A stretch of 64,000 nucleotides of DNA from Treponema sp. GTDB lineage: Bacteria > Spirochaetota > Spirochaetia > Treponematales > Breznakiellaceae. Location of the stretch: positions 874-64,873 of the forward strand of contig JAIRKH010000056.1 of NCBI GenBank assembly GCA_031260245.1, in the 5' to 3' direction. Shown here one piece after another: positions 47,135 through 55,747 of the stretch (positions are counted from its first letter, which is position 1; every line of letters begins with the position of its first letter). The position numbers and the translations under genes were made by a program. The notes under the pieces were generated by a model. That model was not told the DNA's origin. It saw only the letters and a program-made list of their open reading frames with translations, and did no database searches.

Positions 47135-48661
47135 TTACTCTCTTATTCCCAATTCTTGAATCAGTTTAGATAAATACGTCCGTTGAATGTCCAGAATTTT
47201 TGCCGTTTCTGTCTGGTTCCAGTTGTTTTCGTCCAGCGCTTTTTTGATGAAACGAGTTTTGAAAACGGTAATCGCGGCTTTGAGATTGCGGGTTTTCTCT
47301 TCGTTTTGAGCGGGCTTTAGGAAGAGGTCGTTTTCGCTCAAGAAGCGGGTGCCGTCGCCTGGTATGGTCGTCAAGACGCACGCGCGCTCAATGCAGTTCT
47401 CTAGTTCCCGAATGTTACCGGGCCACGGGTACGCAAGCATTGCCTCAATAGCGCCCATAGAAAAACCCTCAAATATCTTCTTCGTTTCCATCATGGTTTT
47501 TTTCAAAAAGAAATTCGCCAGTTCTGTGATGTCTTCTAGTCTCTGACGAAGGGGCGGAATGAGCAGAGGGAAGACGCTAATCCGGTAGTAGAGATCGTTC
47601 CGGAATTCGCCCTTTTTCACCATGACTTCGATGTCGCGGTTCGTCGCGGCCAAGACGCGGACGTCCACCGTTATGGGAGTCGAGTCTCCTACCCTTTCAA
47701 AGGTCTTGTCTTGTAGCACGCGCAGGAGTTTAGCCTGCATGGACAGAGATAATTCCCCAATTTCGTCTAGGAATACGGTACCGCCGTTAGCCGTTTCAAA
47801 ACGTCCCTTCCGGTCAGAAACCGCGCCGGTAAAAGCGCCCTTTTTGTGTCCGAAAAGTTCGCTCTCAAAGAGGTTATCCGGTAGAGCCGCGCAGTTCACC
47901 CGCACAAAAGGAGCTTTCTTACGTGGGCCGCGGAGGTGTATCTGTTCCGCGAAAAGCTCCTTCCCCACGCCGCTCTCCCCCAAAATCAACACTGAAGAAT
48001 TAGTCTGAGCGATGCGGTCAATCAACTCCAGTTTCTCCAAGATGACCGGACTCTTCGCAATGAATGTGTGATAGCCGTCTTCGATCTCCCGCTTGTCGAT
48101 TTTTTCTATCATCGCGACTTGTAGTTGCCGGATTTCGTTCCGCGCCTTCTTGATGTTTTGGGCGTTGATGATAGCAAGCGCGGCTTGATTCGCCAGTATC
48201 AAGAGCCAATCCATGTCGTCTCCGGAAAAAGACTGTCCGTTTTTCTTGTTGATGATTTCGATAACCCCGATACATTCATTCTTGACTTGCATGGGGACGG
48301 CAAGCATGGTTTTACAAAAATAGCCGATTTCGTTGGAAATGGAGTCGATATGGCGCTCATCGTTTTCTGCGTCGGTCAGCGCCACTGGTTCGTTGTGTTT
48401 GACGACCCAGCCCGCGATGCCTTCGTCCTTGTCAATCTGAAACCGCTTCACGTCCATACCTTTTGGACCAAGGGCGACTTCAAAGTAGAGTAAATTAGTT
48501 TTTCTGTCGAGCAGGAGAAGACTGGCTGCTTCCGCATCGCAGAGTTTTGCCGCGGAGTCGATAATTTCAGTCAGCAGACCAGTAAGGTCCTGAATACTTG
48601 AATTAATACGTGTATTAATGTCAACAAGTGTATTGAATTTCTGAATATCAACAGTCTGCAT
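47135..48661 (-). CDS. sigma-54-dependent transcriptional activator with an N-terminal GAF domain
   Basis: 508 aa. GESGVGKE Walker A, ESELFGHKKGAFTGA (GAFTGA loop), and a C-terminal Fis-type HTH (ETAKILDIQRTYLSKLI). Confidence 0.9.
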   Translation of the reverse strand: MQTVDIQKFNTLVDINTRINSSIQDLTGLLTEIIDSAAKLCDAEAASLLLLDRKTNLLYFEVALGPKGMDVKRFQIDKDEGIAGWVVKHNEPVALTDAENDERHIDSISNEIGYFCKTMLAVPMQVKNECIGVIEIINKKNGQSFSGDDMDWLLILANQAALAIINAQNIKKARNEIRQLQVAMIEKIDKREIEDGYHTFIAKSPVILEKLELIDRIAQTNSSVLILGESGVGKELFAEQIHLRGPRKKAPFVRVNCAALPDNLFESELFGHKKGAFTGAVSDRKGRFETANGGTVFLDEIGELSLSMQAKLLRVLQDKTFERVGDSTPITVDVRVLAATNRDIEVMVKKGEFRNDLYYRISVFPLLIPPLRQRLEDITELANFFLKKTMMETKKIFEGFSMGAIEAMLAYPWPGNIRELENCIERACVLTTIPGDGTRFLSENDLFLKPAQNEEKTRNLKAAITVFKTRFIKKALDENNWNQTETAKILDIQRTYLSKLIQELGIRE

Positions 48662-48670
48662 TTCTTTTCA

Positions 48671-48771
48671 GGAATAGGAAATTGGGAGGTGAGATTCTTG
48701 TTGGCAAATGGAGTCCGTTCAGACGGCACCTATAACAAAAACCTACTCCCTATTCCCCCGCTTCCTATTCC
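48671..48771. repeat. hairpin-forming intergenic repeat, copy R3
   Basis: Terminal inverted 10-mers GGAATAGGAA (48671-48680) and TTCCTATTCC (48762-48771). Internal CGTTCAGACG and CCTACTCC motifs are shared with copy R4. The right end overlaps the rpsA stop codon. Confidence 0.5.
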
Positions 48772-50510
48772 TCCTTCTGTTTCAAAAGCTCTCCGAAGGG
48801 GTTGTAGGTCGAGCCGTCTCTTTCGTCGGTGGCCATATATTGCGAAACTTCGTCGCGATGGAGCTTACGTTGGTAATCTCGAATGGAGAATGCGGCTTTC
48901 TGCCTATCAGGTTGCATTTCAATGACGACCGCTTTGATTCTGTCGCCAATCTTGTACTTCTTTATAGCTTCGTCCTGTGTTTCATTTGAGTTTTCGGGGA
49001 GATTAGATTTGTGAATCAATCCTTCAATACCGCCCAGTGTCTTGACGAAAATACCGAAATCGGTGATAGAGGAAACTTCTCCTTCCACGAACGATCCTTG
49101 CCGATAAGCGGACGCAAAAACCCGCCATGGGTCGTCGGTGAGTTGTTTCATACCGAGCCTGATGTTCCGCTTGTCTTTTTCCACCTCGATGACCATAATA
49201 TCGACTTCCTGTCCCAGCTGCAATTCGCTTCCCGGGTGCTTCACCTTCTTGTTCCATGAAATATCGTCCGCATGGAGGAATCCGTCGATGCCCTCCTCCA
49301 GCTCGATGAACGCGCCCGCATTAGTGACCTTCACCACTTTACGCGTAAGCCGCGTCCCAACAGGATACCGCTCCCCGACCGTTGACCAGGGATTTACCGT
49401 TACCTGCTTCAAACCCAGGGAAACCCTGCCGGCCTGGAGGTCGTAGCCCAGTATCATGCACTCGACTTCAGAGCCTATGGTCACCATGTCTTCGGGCTTC
49501 GGCACCTTTTTCACCCATGAAAACTCGGAGATATGAGCAAGTCCCTCAATACCTTCTTCGAGCTCGATGAACGTGCCGAAATCGGTGTTCTTCGTTACCT
49601 TGCCCTTCACGACGTCGTTGACATGGAATTTTTCCTCGAAGTGCACCCACGGGTCGTCCATGAAGTGTTTTATGGAAAGATTGATACGTTTTTCAACCGG
49701 GTCAAGACGGATAACTTTGAGTTTGATTTCTTGACCCCGCTTCACGAAGTCCTTGGGGCGGTTTACATGACCCCAGCTCATATCGTTAAGGTGAAGAAGT
49801 CCGTCGAATCCGCCCAAGTCTATGAAAGCGCCGAAGGAAGTAAAACTTTTGACGACCCCGACCACGTCCGCGCCTATAGGCGTATTCTCAAAAAAAGCGT
49901 CTCGTTTTTTCTCTATTTCTTCTTCAAGCCATTTACGGCGATTTACCACGATATTTTGCTTCCCCTCGGAGTAGAGACGTTCCACGTAGACATTGGTCTT
50001 CAAGCCGAGAAGTTTTTCCGGCTTATCAACTTTCTGTAGGTCGGATTGGCTAATGGGAAGGAAGGCGTGAGTGTCCTGTCCCATATAAACGTCAAATCCT
50101 CCTTTGACGGTTTTTTCAATTACCGCTTCGACAGGCAGATGTTCCTGAAACGCCTGGCGTAAATTCTTCCAAAAGAGCTTCACGTCAGCCTTCTGCTTCG
50201 AGATGATAACTTCTCCGTGCCTATCTTCTTTCGCCACGAGAATGACCATTACCTTATCCCCTACCTGAGGAGGGGCGGTAAACTCCGATACGGGTATCTT
50301 GCCCTCGGACTTGAGGTTAACGTCAACGAAAACATGATCATTCGCTATCTGAATGACTTCTCCTTCGACGAGTTGTCCCTCTTCAGCCAAATCGAGAGAT
50401 TTTAGATACTCCTCCTGTAACTGCATCTGGTCGGCTTTTTGTTCGACCGCCAGAGTCCCCTGATTGGTGTCCTGCGGTTCCAAGCCCGCTTCCACTTCCA
50501 TCTTATCCAT
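48765..50510 (-). CDS. rpsA: 30S ribosomal protein S1
   Basis: 581 aa with six S1-domain repeats (recurring G..V.G.V......GAF(I/V)(D/E)L pattern). Confidence 0.93.
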   Translation of the reverse strand: MDKMEVEAGLEPQDTNQGTLAVEQKADQMQLQEEYLKSLDLAEEGQLVEGEVIQIANDHVFVDVNLKSEGKIPVSEFTAPPQVGDKVMVILVAKEDRHGEVIISKQKADVKLFWKNLRQAFQEHLPVEAVIEKTVKGGFDVYMGQDTHAFLPISQSDLQKVDKPEKLLGLKTNVYVERLYSEGKQNIVVNRRKWLEEEIEKKRDAFFENTPIGADVVGVVKSFTSFGAFIDLGGFDGLLHLNDMSWGHVNRPKDFVKRGQEIKLKVIRLDPVEKRINLSIKHFMDDPWVHFEEKFHVNDVVKGKVTKNTDFGTFIELEEGIEGLAHISEFSWVKKVPKPEDMVTIGSEVECMILGYDLQAGRVSLGLKQVTVNPWSTVGERYPVGTRLTRKVVKVTNAGAFIELEEGIDGFLHADDISWNKKVKHPGSELQLGQEVDIMVIEVEKDKRNIRLGMKQLTDDPWRVFASAYRQGSFVEGEVSSITDFGIFVKTLGGIEGLIHKSNLPENSNETQDEAIKKYKIGDRIKAVVIEMQPDRQKAAFSIRDYQRKLHRDEVSQYMATDERDGSTYNPFGELLKQKEE

Positions 50511-50541
50511 ATTAATTCCTTTTTTAAAGACCGTCTTTATT

Positions 50542-51174
50542 TTACAGTCTAATATACGCTAATAATTTGTCATAAGTTTGCTCGATAGTCAAGTCCGCTG
50601 TATCCAAAACTATTACTCCGTCCACGATTTTCAGACTGCCTTCAGCTTTGTTTCGGTCGATTTCGTCCCGTTTCTGTATGGCGGCGGCGATTTCCTCAAG
50701 GGAAAGCCCGGATACGCTCTGTTCAAACCGCCGCCTTGCCCGCGTTTCAATCGAAGCGTCAAGGTAAAAACGGTGGTCCGCGTTCGGAAAAACCACGCTC
50801 GTCATGTCTCGCCCTTCAACAACGACGTCTATATCCTTCGATATCTTACGGACGAGCTCGTTGACTACGCGCCGAATCGGAATGATAGCCGACAGTAGGG
50901 GAGAATTTTTATCGATTTCATCGGAGTGGAGTAGGGCGTCGACGTTTTCCCGGTCAAGAAATATTTCTCCGTCGCCGTATGTTATGTTTGCCTGTTCTGC
51001 GAACATAACGACCGCCTCGGAGTTCTTTATATCCACGCCTTTTTTCAAACAGCCAAGTGTAAGAGCGCGGTAGATGTTTCCAGAATTGATATAGGTCAAA
51101 TGAAGCCGTTCCGCGAGAAGCCGCGCGATAGTGCTTTTCCCCGCTCCGGCCGGGCCGTCAATGGCGATTACCAT
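50542..51174 (-). CDS. cmk: cytidylate kinase
   Basis: ATG at 51174 (MVIAIDGPAGAGKSTIARLLA). The 27-aa ORF-track N-terminal extension was rejected. Confidence 0.9.
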   Translation of the reverse strand: MVIAIDGPAGAGKSTIARLLAERLHLTYINSGNIYRALTLGCLKKGVDIKNSEAVVMFAEQANITYGDGEIFLDRENVDALLHSDEIDKNSPLLSAIIPIRRVVNELVRKISKDIDVVVEGRDMTSVVFPNADHRFYLDASIETRARRRFEQSVSGLSLEEIAAAIQKRDEIDRNKAEGSLKIVDGVIVLDTADLTIEQTYDKLLAYIRL

Positions 51175-51379
51175 AAAAATACTATATATCGCTTTTGAAA
51201 AATAGTCAAGTGGGAGAAATAATATCACGGCAAAACGTGAAAGCAAAATAATCATAACGAATACAGCTTGATTTTTTTTGGGAATCGTTATACTCTAAAT
51301 AGTCTTTTTCAAACCGTTTCCCGCTTTCATACGGATGTGGGAAGGAAAACCACAATTTTTATTTTGTTTGGAGGTGTTT

Positions 51380-51946
51380 ATGAAAAAACTGGCTTTGACG
51401 GCGCTTGCGCTGTTATTGGGAACTGGGTTGTTCGCTCAGACCAAGTTCAGCGCGTCGACTTTTGACGACCGCGCAAGTCAAGGAGGAACTTCGGAGCTTA
51501 AATTGACCGAAGCTCAGGAGACCATCGCAGGGAAGGCGGTAACGACCTACACGTTTGACGGTAGGGTAACGAACAAGTACCAATACGGCTTTGCCGGCGC
51601 CGTATTCATTCCCGCCGACGACGCCACGACCGAGGCTCTTAAAACAGCCAAAGCCGTTACTTTCTGGGCGCAGGACCTCGGTTCCGCGTTCCCGCGTTTT
51701 GGACTGTCAATATGTACGCCCGCCGACATTACAGATTCCGCGTTCTATCAGAAAGAGGTGCCATTCCCCAAGCAGGCGCGGCAAATCACGGTAAAAATAC
51801 CGAACGATTTGCGGCAACCCCAATATTGGGGCGAAAAGAGGCCCTTCAATCAAGCCAACGCGACCCAGTTGCAGTTTCAGTCAACCAACAACGGTTCCCC
51901 GGGAAACGTCAAGTTCAAAATCTGGGATATTCAGTTTGTGAAGTAA
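51380..51946 (+). CDS. exported protein, beta-sandwich (CBM/CIA30-like?) guess
   Basis: ATG at 51380 follows GGAGG. Signal MKKLALTALALLLGTGLFAQ. 188 aa. Confidence 0.55.
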   Translation: MKKLALTALALLLGTGLFAQTKFSASTFDDRASQGGTSELKLTEAQETIAGKAVTTYTFDGRVTNKYQYGFAGAVFIPADDATTEALKTAKAVTFWAQDLGSAFPRFGLSICTPADITDSAFYQKEVPFPKQARQITVKIPNDLRQPQYWGEKRPFNQANATQLQFQSTNNGSPGNVKFKIWDIQFVK

Positions 51947-51967
51947 TTATTCATATCCGTATCGCGT

Positions 51968-52042
51968 AATTGGAGGAGTAGGAGAAAGGGTTTTACGGCG
52001 TTCAGACGTTGTTCCAAGGACCTCAACTTCCTACTCCTAATT
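51968..52042. repeat. hairpin-forming intergenic repeat, copy R4
   Basis: AATTGGAGGAGTAGGAG ... CTTCCTACTCCTAATT are inverted ends (10-11 bp pair). Central CGTTCAGACG is shared with R3. Confidence 0.5.
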
Positions 52043-52069
52043 TGTTGTCAGTTCGCTTTTCAAGCCCTC

Positions 52070-52098
52070 TTGAAACAAAATTGATTGTGTGGTATTAT
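52070..52098 (+). promoter_or_regulatory. sigma-70-like promoter (TTGAAA-17-TATTAT) upstream of the DRTGG gene
   Basis: -35 at 52070-52075, a 17-nt spacer, and -10 at 52093-52098. Confidence 0.45.
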
Positions 52099-52181
52099 TA
52101 CAAATAATAGACGTCTCTATAAACCTGTAGGCGCTCTAATCGCAAATCAGAAAATCTTGTTTTGAAATATGGAGGGAAAAT

Positions 52182-52538
52182 ATGACCGTAAACGACGCGG
52201 TAACAATACTTGAAGGACAGTTCTTTTCGGGCGAATCAGACGCCTCTATGGAAATAGCTTCCGCCTGCGGCGCGGATCTAATGAGCGACGTGATGGCTTT
52301 CGTAAAAGACCGAGTGGCGCTTCTCACGGGCTTGGTGAATCCGCAAGTCATTAGAACCGCCGAACTTTTAGACATTCACTGCATCATTTTTGTCCGCGGA
52401 AAAATTCCGAGCCGCGACATGATAGATATGGCTCAAGAGTCGGACATCATCCTAGCGAGCACAAAACTGCCTATGTTCATAGCGTGCGGCAAACTCTATG
52501 AAGCAGGACTCAAAGCTGGAGGAACGCGGCGTATTTAA
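52182..52538 (+). CDS. DRTGG domain protein
   Basis: 118 aa; ...VALLTGLVNPQVIRTAELLDIHCIIFVRGKIP...; SD GGAGGGA. Confidence 0.6.
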   Translation: MTVNDAVTILEGQFFSGESDASMEIASACGADLMSDVMAFVKDRVALLTGLVNPQVIRTAELLDIHCIIFVRGKIPSRDMIDMAQESDIILASTKLPMFIACGKLYEAGLKAGGTRRI

Positions 52539-52573
52539 ATATAGAAGAAGTAAAGAATCAGTTACGGCGAAGA

Positions 52574-53098
52574 ATGAAGCTACCTCCGCCTCCTGCGGCG
52601 GACGCGGAAGTTCAATTCCGTGTTGCGTATGTTACAATGCGGAAACAGTGGGCGTGTTACAAAACAGTTCTCCTTTTTCTTTCAATGAAGGACGAAATTG
52701 ACACGGAACCGCTTGTCAAGGCGGCTTTTGAAGATAAAAAAGCCGTTTTTGTCCCCAAAATCATTGGAAATAGTCTACATTTTTTTAGGATAGCCGATTT
52801 GAACAGCCTTGAAACAGGCGCTTTTGACGTCAGGGAGCCAAGGGGCGGCGTTGAGCTAACGGATAAAGATTTCCCCGTGTATATTGTTACGCCGGGGCTT
52901 GCCTTTGACAGAAACGGTAGGCGTTTGGGGCGGGGCAAGGGTTATTACGACCGTTTCTTTGCGGAAATCGACCAAAGAGGGTTGTCTTACTTGTCCGTTG
53001 GGCTCTGTTCCACGGAACGTATTGTTGACGAAGTACCGTCGACGGCTTTTGATAAAAAGATGGACGTCGTTATTGCCGTAGGCTCGCCTGTATTTTGA
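52574..53098 (+). CDS. 5-formyltetrahydrofolate cyclo-ligase (MTHFS)
   Basis: ...LAFDRNGRRLGRGKGYYDRFF... The real start is probably upstream of the first ATG (see findings). Confidence 0.8.
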   Translation: MKLPPPPAADAEVQFRVAYVTMRKQWACYKTVLLFLSMKDEIDTEPLVKAAFEDKKAVFVPKIIGNSLHFFRIADLNSLETGAFDVREPRGGVELTDKDFPVYIVTPGLAFDRNGRRLGRGKGYYDRFFAEIDQRGLSYLSVGLCSTERIVDEVPSTAFDKKMDVVIAVGSPVF

Positions 53099-53183
53099 CC
53101 GGGCGTATTTTAAGCAGCGACTATTTTTTTATTGTTTTTAAGGAACAAATTCTAATAGAGTAGCGCTTTTTAAAGGAGGTTTT

Positions 53184-53858
53184 ATGCAAAAACCGTTTTT
53201 GAAGCTTTTGTTCTTCATCATAGATTGGGACAAGGCGAAGGCAGTCTCGGATGTGTTCGGAGAACGGCGTTTTGTGTTTATGAGCAAGGGATTGGGAACT
53301 GCGAGTTCGGAGATACTCGACCTTTTGGGGTTGGGCAGTTCTGACAAGGCGGTGATTCTTTGCCTTGAGGAAGGTAAGTCTACGGAGCTGGTAGACGCGG
53401 TGCGGGCGAAGCTTGGAGCGCGGAGCGCGGGCGCGGGCATCGCGTTTACTGCGCCGCTTTCCGGTATTAACGCGCCGGTTATGCAACTCTTCATCGAATC
53501 AATCACCATTGAAGAAAAGGATGAAACAATGGAAGAAAAAGTAGAAATCAAGAACGACTTGATTGTGGCGATATTGAACCACGGGTATAGCGACGATTTT
53601 ATGGCGACCGCCCGCGACGCGGGCGCGCGGGGCGGCACAGTCATCAGCGCGCGCGGGCTTTCCCAAAAAAAGGTCAAGAAATTTTTGGGAATATCCGTAC
53701 AGGATGAAAAAGAAATCATCATCATTTTAGCGGATAGGGAAAAGAAGGTTCCCATAATGCAAGCCGCGGCGGGCGCTTTTGGCGCATCGTCAAAAGCCGA
53801 AGGCGTAGTGTTTTCCCTGCCGGTCGACCAGGTGATGAGTCTCAACCAACAGTTCTAA
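53184..53858 (+). CDS. tandem P-II-like (GlnB/PstA-like) domain protein
   Basis: 224 aa; SD AAAGGAGG. Two repeats of the pattern L(F/I)..I(I/L)......V...ARDAGA.GGTVI.ARG. Ends with ...GVVFSLPVDQV, similar to PstA/DarA as remembered. Confidence 0.45.
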   Translation: MQKPFLKLLFFIIDWDKAKAVSDVFGERRFVFMSKGLGTASSEILDLLGLGSSDKAVILCLEEGKSTELVDAVRAKLGARSAGAGIAFTAPLSGINAPVMQLFIESITIEEKDETMEEKVEIKNDLIVAILNHGYSDDFMATARDAGARGGTVISARGLSQKKVKKFLGISVQDEKEIIIILADREKKVPIMQAAAGAFGASSKAEGVVFSLPVDQVMSLNQQF

Positions 53859-53916
53859 ATTTCTATTTTTTTATCATAGACAATTTTTGTGCTATATACT
53901 GCTAAAAGGAGTAGAT

Positions 53917-55494
53917 ATGGAAAGTATTGATGTTGGAATTTGGTCGGTTTTGCCGCCTGTTATCGCTATTGCGTTGGCGCTTATTACTAAAGAGGTGATA
54001 TTCTCGTTGCTTTTCGGCATCGTCGCCGGGGCGGTCATCTATAGCGCGGCTTTGGGGCTTGGCGTTGTCGGCGTATTCACTACGACTATTGACCTTATGA
54101 TACATAAGGTAGCGGACAGCGACAACGCGGCGATGATAATCTTTCTCGCCTTGCTAGGCGCTTTGGTCGCGCTCATTACGCGGGCGGGCGGCTCGCGGGC
54201 TTACGGCGTATGGGCGTCGCGGAGAATCAAGACCCAGCGAAGCGCGGGGTTGGTAACCGCGTTGCTCGGCGTGTTGATTTTCATCGACGACTATTTCAAC
54301 TGCCTCACCGTCGGCACGGTTATGCGTCCGATAACGGACAGGCAAAAAATGTCCCGCGAGAAGTTGGCGTATTTCATAGACGCCACGGCCGCGCCCATCT
54401 GCGTCATAGCGCCGATTTCCTCATGGGCCGCGTCCGTCATCTCTTATTATCCGACAGAAACCGGCGTTACCGGAATGGAGGCGTTTATCGGTTCCATTCC
54501 TATGAATCTTTACGCGATTCTCACCATCTTCATGGTCGTCTCCCTCGCGGTGCGGAAAAACGGCGACTTCGGCCCCATGTCTGCGGCTCAACGCCGCGCG
54601 TTAGAATCGGAAATCGCCGATACTCAGCCCGCATCCGCCGACGACGAATTAAGCAAGCTCGACGTCTCCAATAAGGGCAAAGTACTAGACTTACTCTTGC
54701 CGGTCGCCTTTCTCGTTATCTTCTCGGTGCTGGCGATGCTCTGGTACGGCGGTTACTGGCAAGCGGGCGAGGACGGCGCACGCAAGTCTCTGTTCCAGGC
54801 TTTTGGGGACACTTCCGCGGGCTTCGCGCTGGCGCTTGGCGGGTTTGGCGCTCTTTTCGTGGCATTCTTCCTCTTCACGCCGCGGAAGCTCTTTTCTTTT
54901 TCCGAATTTTTCGCCTGCATAATCCAGGGCGCCAAATCCATGTTTACGGCGATTGTGATTTTGACCCTTGCGTGGACTATAAGCGGGGTATGCCGGGACC
55001 TCCTCGGAACCGGAGTATATGTGGCGGGCGTTGTGCAGGCTTCGTCGCTTCCGGTCGCCTTAATACCGGCGATTATGTTCATAGTCGCGGCCGCGCTCTC
55101 CTTCGCCACAGGCACGGCGTGGGGAACCTTCGGCATCCTCATCCCCATCACTATCAATATCTGCGACATCGTGGCGCCGTACCTTTCCATAACCGCTCTC
55201 TCCGCGGTGCTTGCGGGGTCGGTCTTCGGCGACCACTGCTCCCCGATTTCCGACACGACGATACTTTCTTCGACGGGAGCGCGTTGCAACCACATCGCCC
55301 ATGTGTCAACCCAGATCCCTTACGCGGTTACGGTGGCGTGCGTCTGCTTCGCGGGCTACATCGTCGCGGGCTTCACCGCGGCGTTGGGCTTCGCTGTAAG
55401 CGTAGCGATAACGCTCCTCTCGTCTCTGGTCGTATTGAGCGCTGTTCTCTTAATCCTGCCAAAGGTTTTTCGGACGCAGGCAAAGCCTGTTTAA
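53917..55494 (+). CDS. NhaC-family Na+/H+ antiporter-like transporter
   Basis: ATG at 53917 follows AAAGGAG. 525 aa, polytopic. Family assigned by overall resemblance only. Confidence 0.55.
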   Translation: MESIDVGIWSVLPPVIAIALALITKEVIFSLLFGIVAGAVIYSAALGLGVVGVFTTTIDLMIHKVADSDNAAMIIFLALLGALVALITRAGGSRAYGVWASRRIKTQRSAGLVTALLGVLIFIDDYFNCLTVGTVMRPITDRQKMSREKLAYFIDATAAPICVIAPISSWAASVISYYPTETGVTGMEAFIGSIPMNLYAILTIFMVVSLAVRKNGDFGPMSAAQRRALESEIADTQPASADDELSKLDVSNKGKVLDLLLPVAFLVIFSVLAMLWYGGYWQAGEDGARKSLFQAFGDTSAGFALALGGFGALFVAFFLFTPRKLFSFSEFFACIIQGAKSMFTAIVILTLAWTISGVCRDLLGTGVYVAGVVQASSLPVALIPAIMFIVAAALSFATGTAWGTFGILIPITINICDIVAPYLSITALSAVLAGSVFGDHCSPISDTTILSSTGARCNHIAHVSTQIPYAVTVACVCFAGYIVAGFTAALGFAVSVAITLLSSLVVLSAVLLILPKVFRTQAKPV

Positions 55495-55544
55495 CGACTT
55501 CGCAAACGGGCGTTGTACGAAAAAGGTCGCCGTTGACCCCGACA

Positions 55545-55572
55545 GGTAGGCTCCGTTTAAGCGGAGCCTACC
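55545..55572. terminator. strong GC-rich stem-loop (11-bp stem GGTAGGCTCCG / CGGAGCCTACC, 6-nt loop), no T-tract
   Basis: Read directly. Lies 50 nt after the transporter stop, between convergent genes. Confidence 0.4.
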
Positions 55573-55747
55573 CGATATTAGGAATGTGCGGTGTCTGACG
55601 CCCGTATCGCGCCCCGACCCCACCGAATGCCAAAGAGACAGACGATAGCTCTCAAATTTCCTATCTTTTTCGCCTTCCGCGCCTTTAAGGAAAGACCGTC
55701 CGCGGCGAAAAGAGCGAAGCGTAACGGCCTTTCCTTCCGCGCCTTGT

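Noticed and set aside
53138-53845. 235-aa minus-strand ORF
   Set aside because: It is antisense to the P-II-like gene. The plus-strand ORF has a strong SD and recognisable repeats, whereas the minus-strand product is low-complexity (S/A/P-rich).
54210-55598. 154-aa and 208-aa plus-strand ORFs in alternative frames, and a 180-aa minus-strand ORF
   Set aside because: They sit inside or overrun the NhaC-type transporter gene. Their R/G/H-rich composition is typical of off-frame translation of a GC-rich membrane-protein gene.
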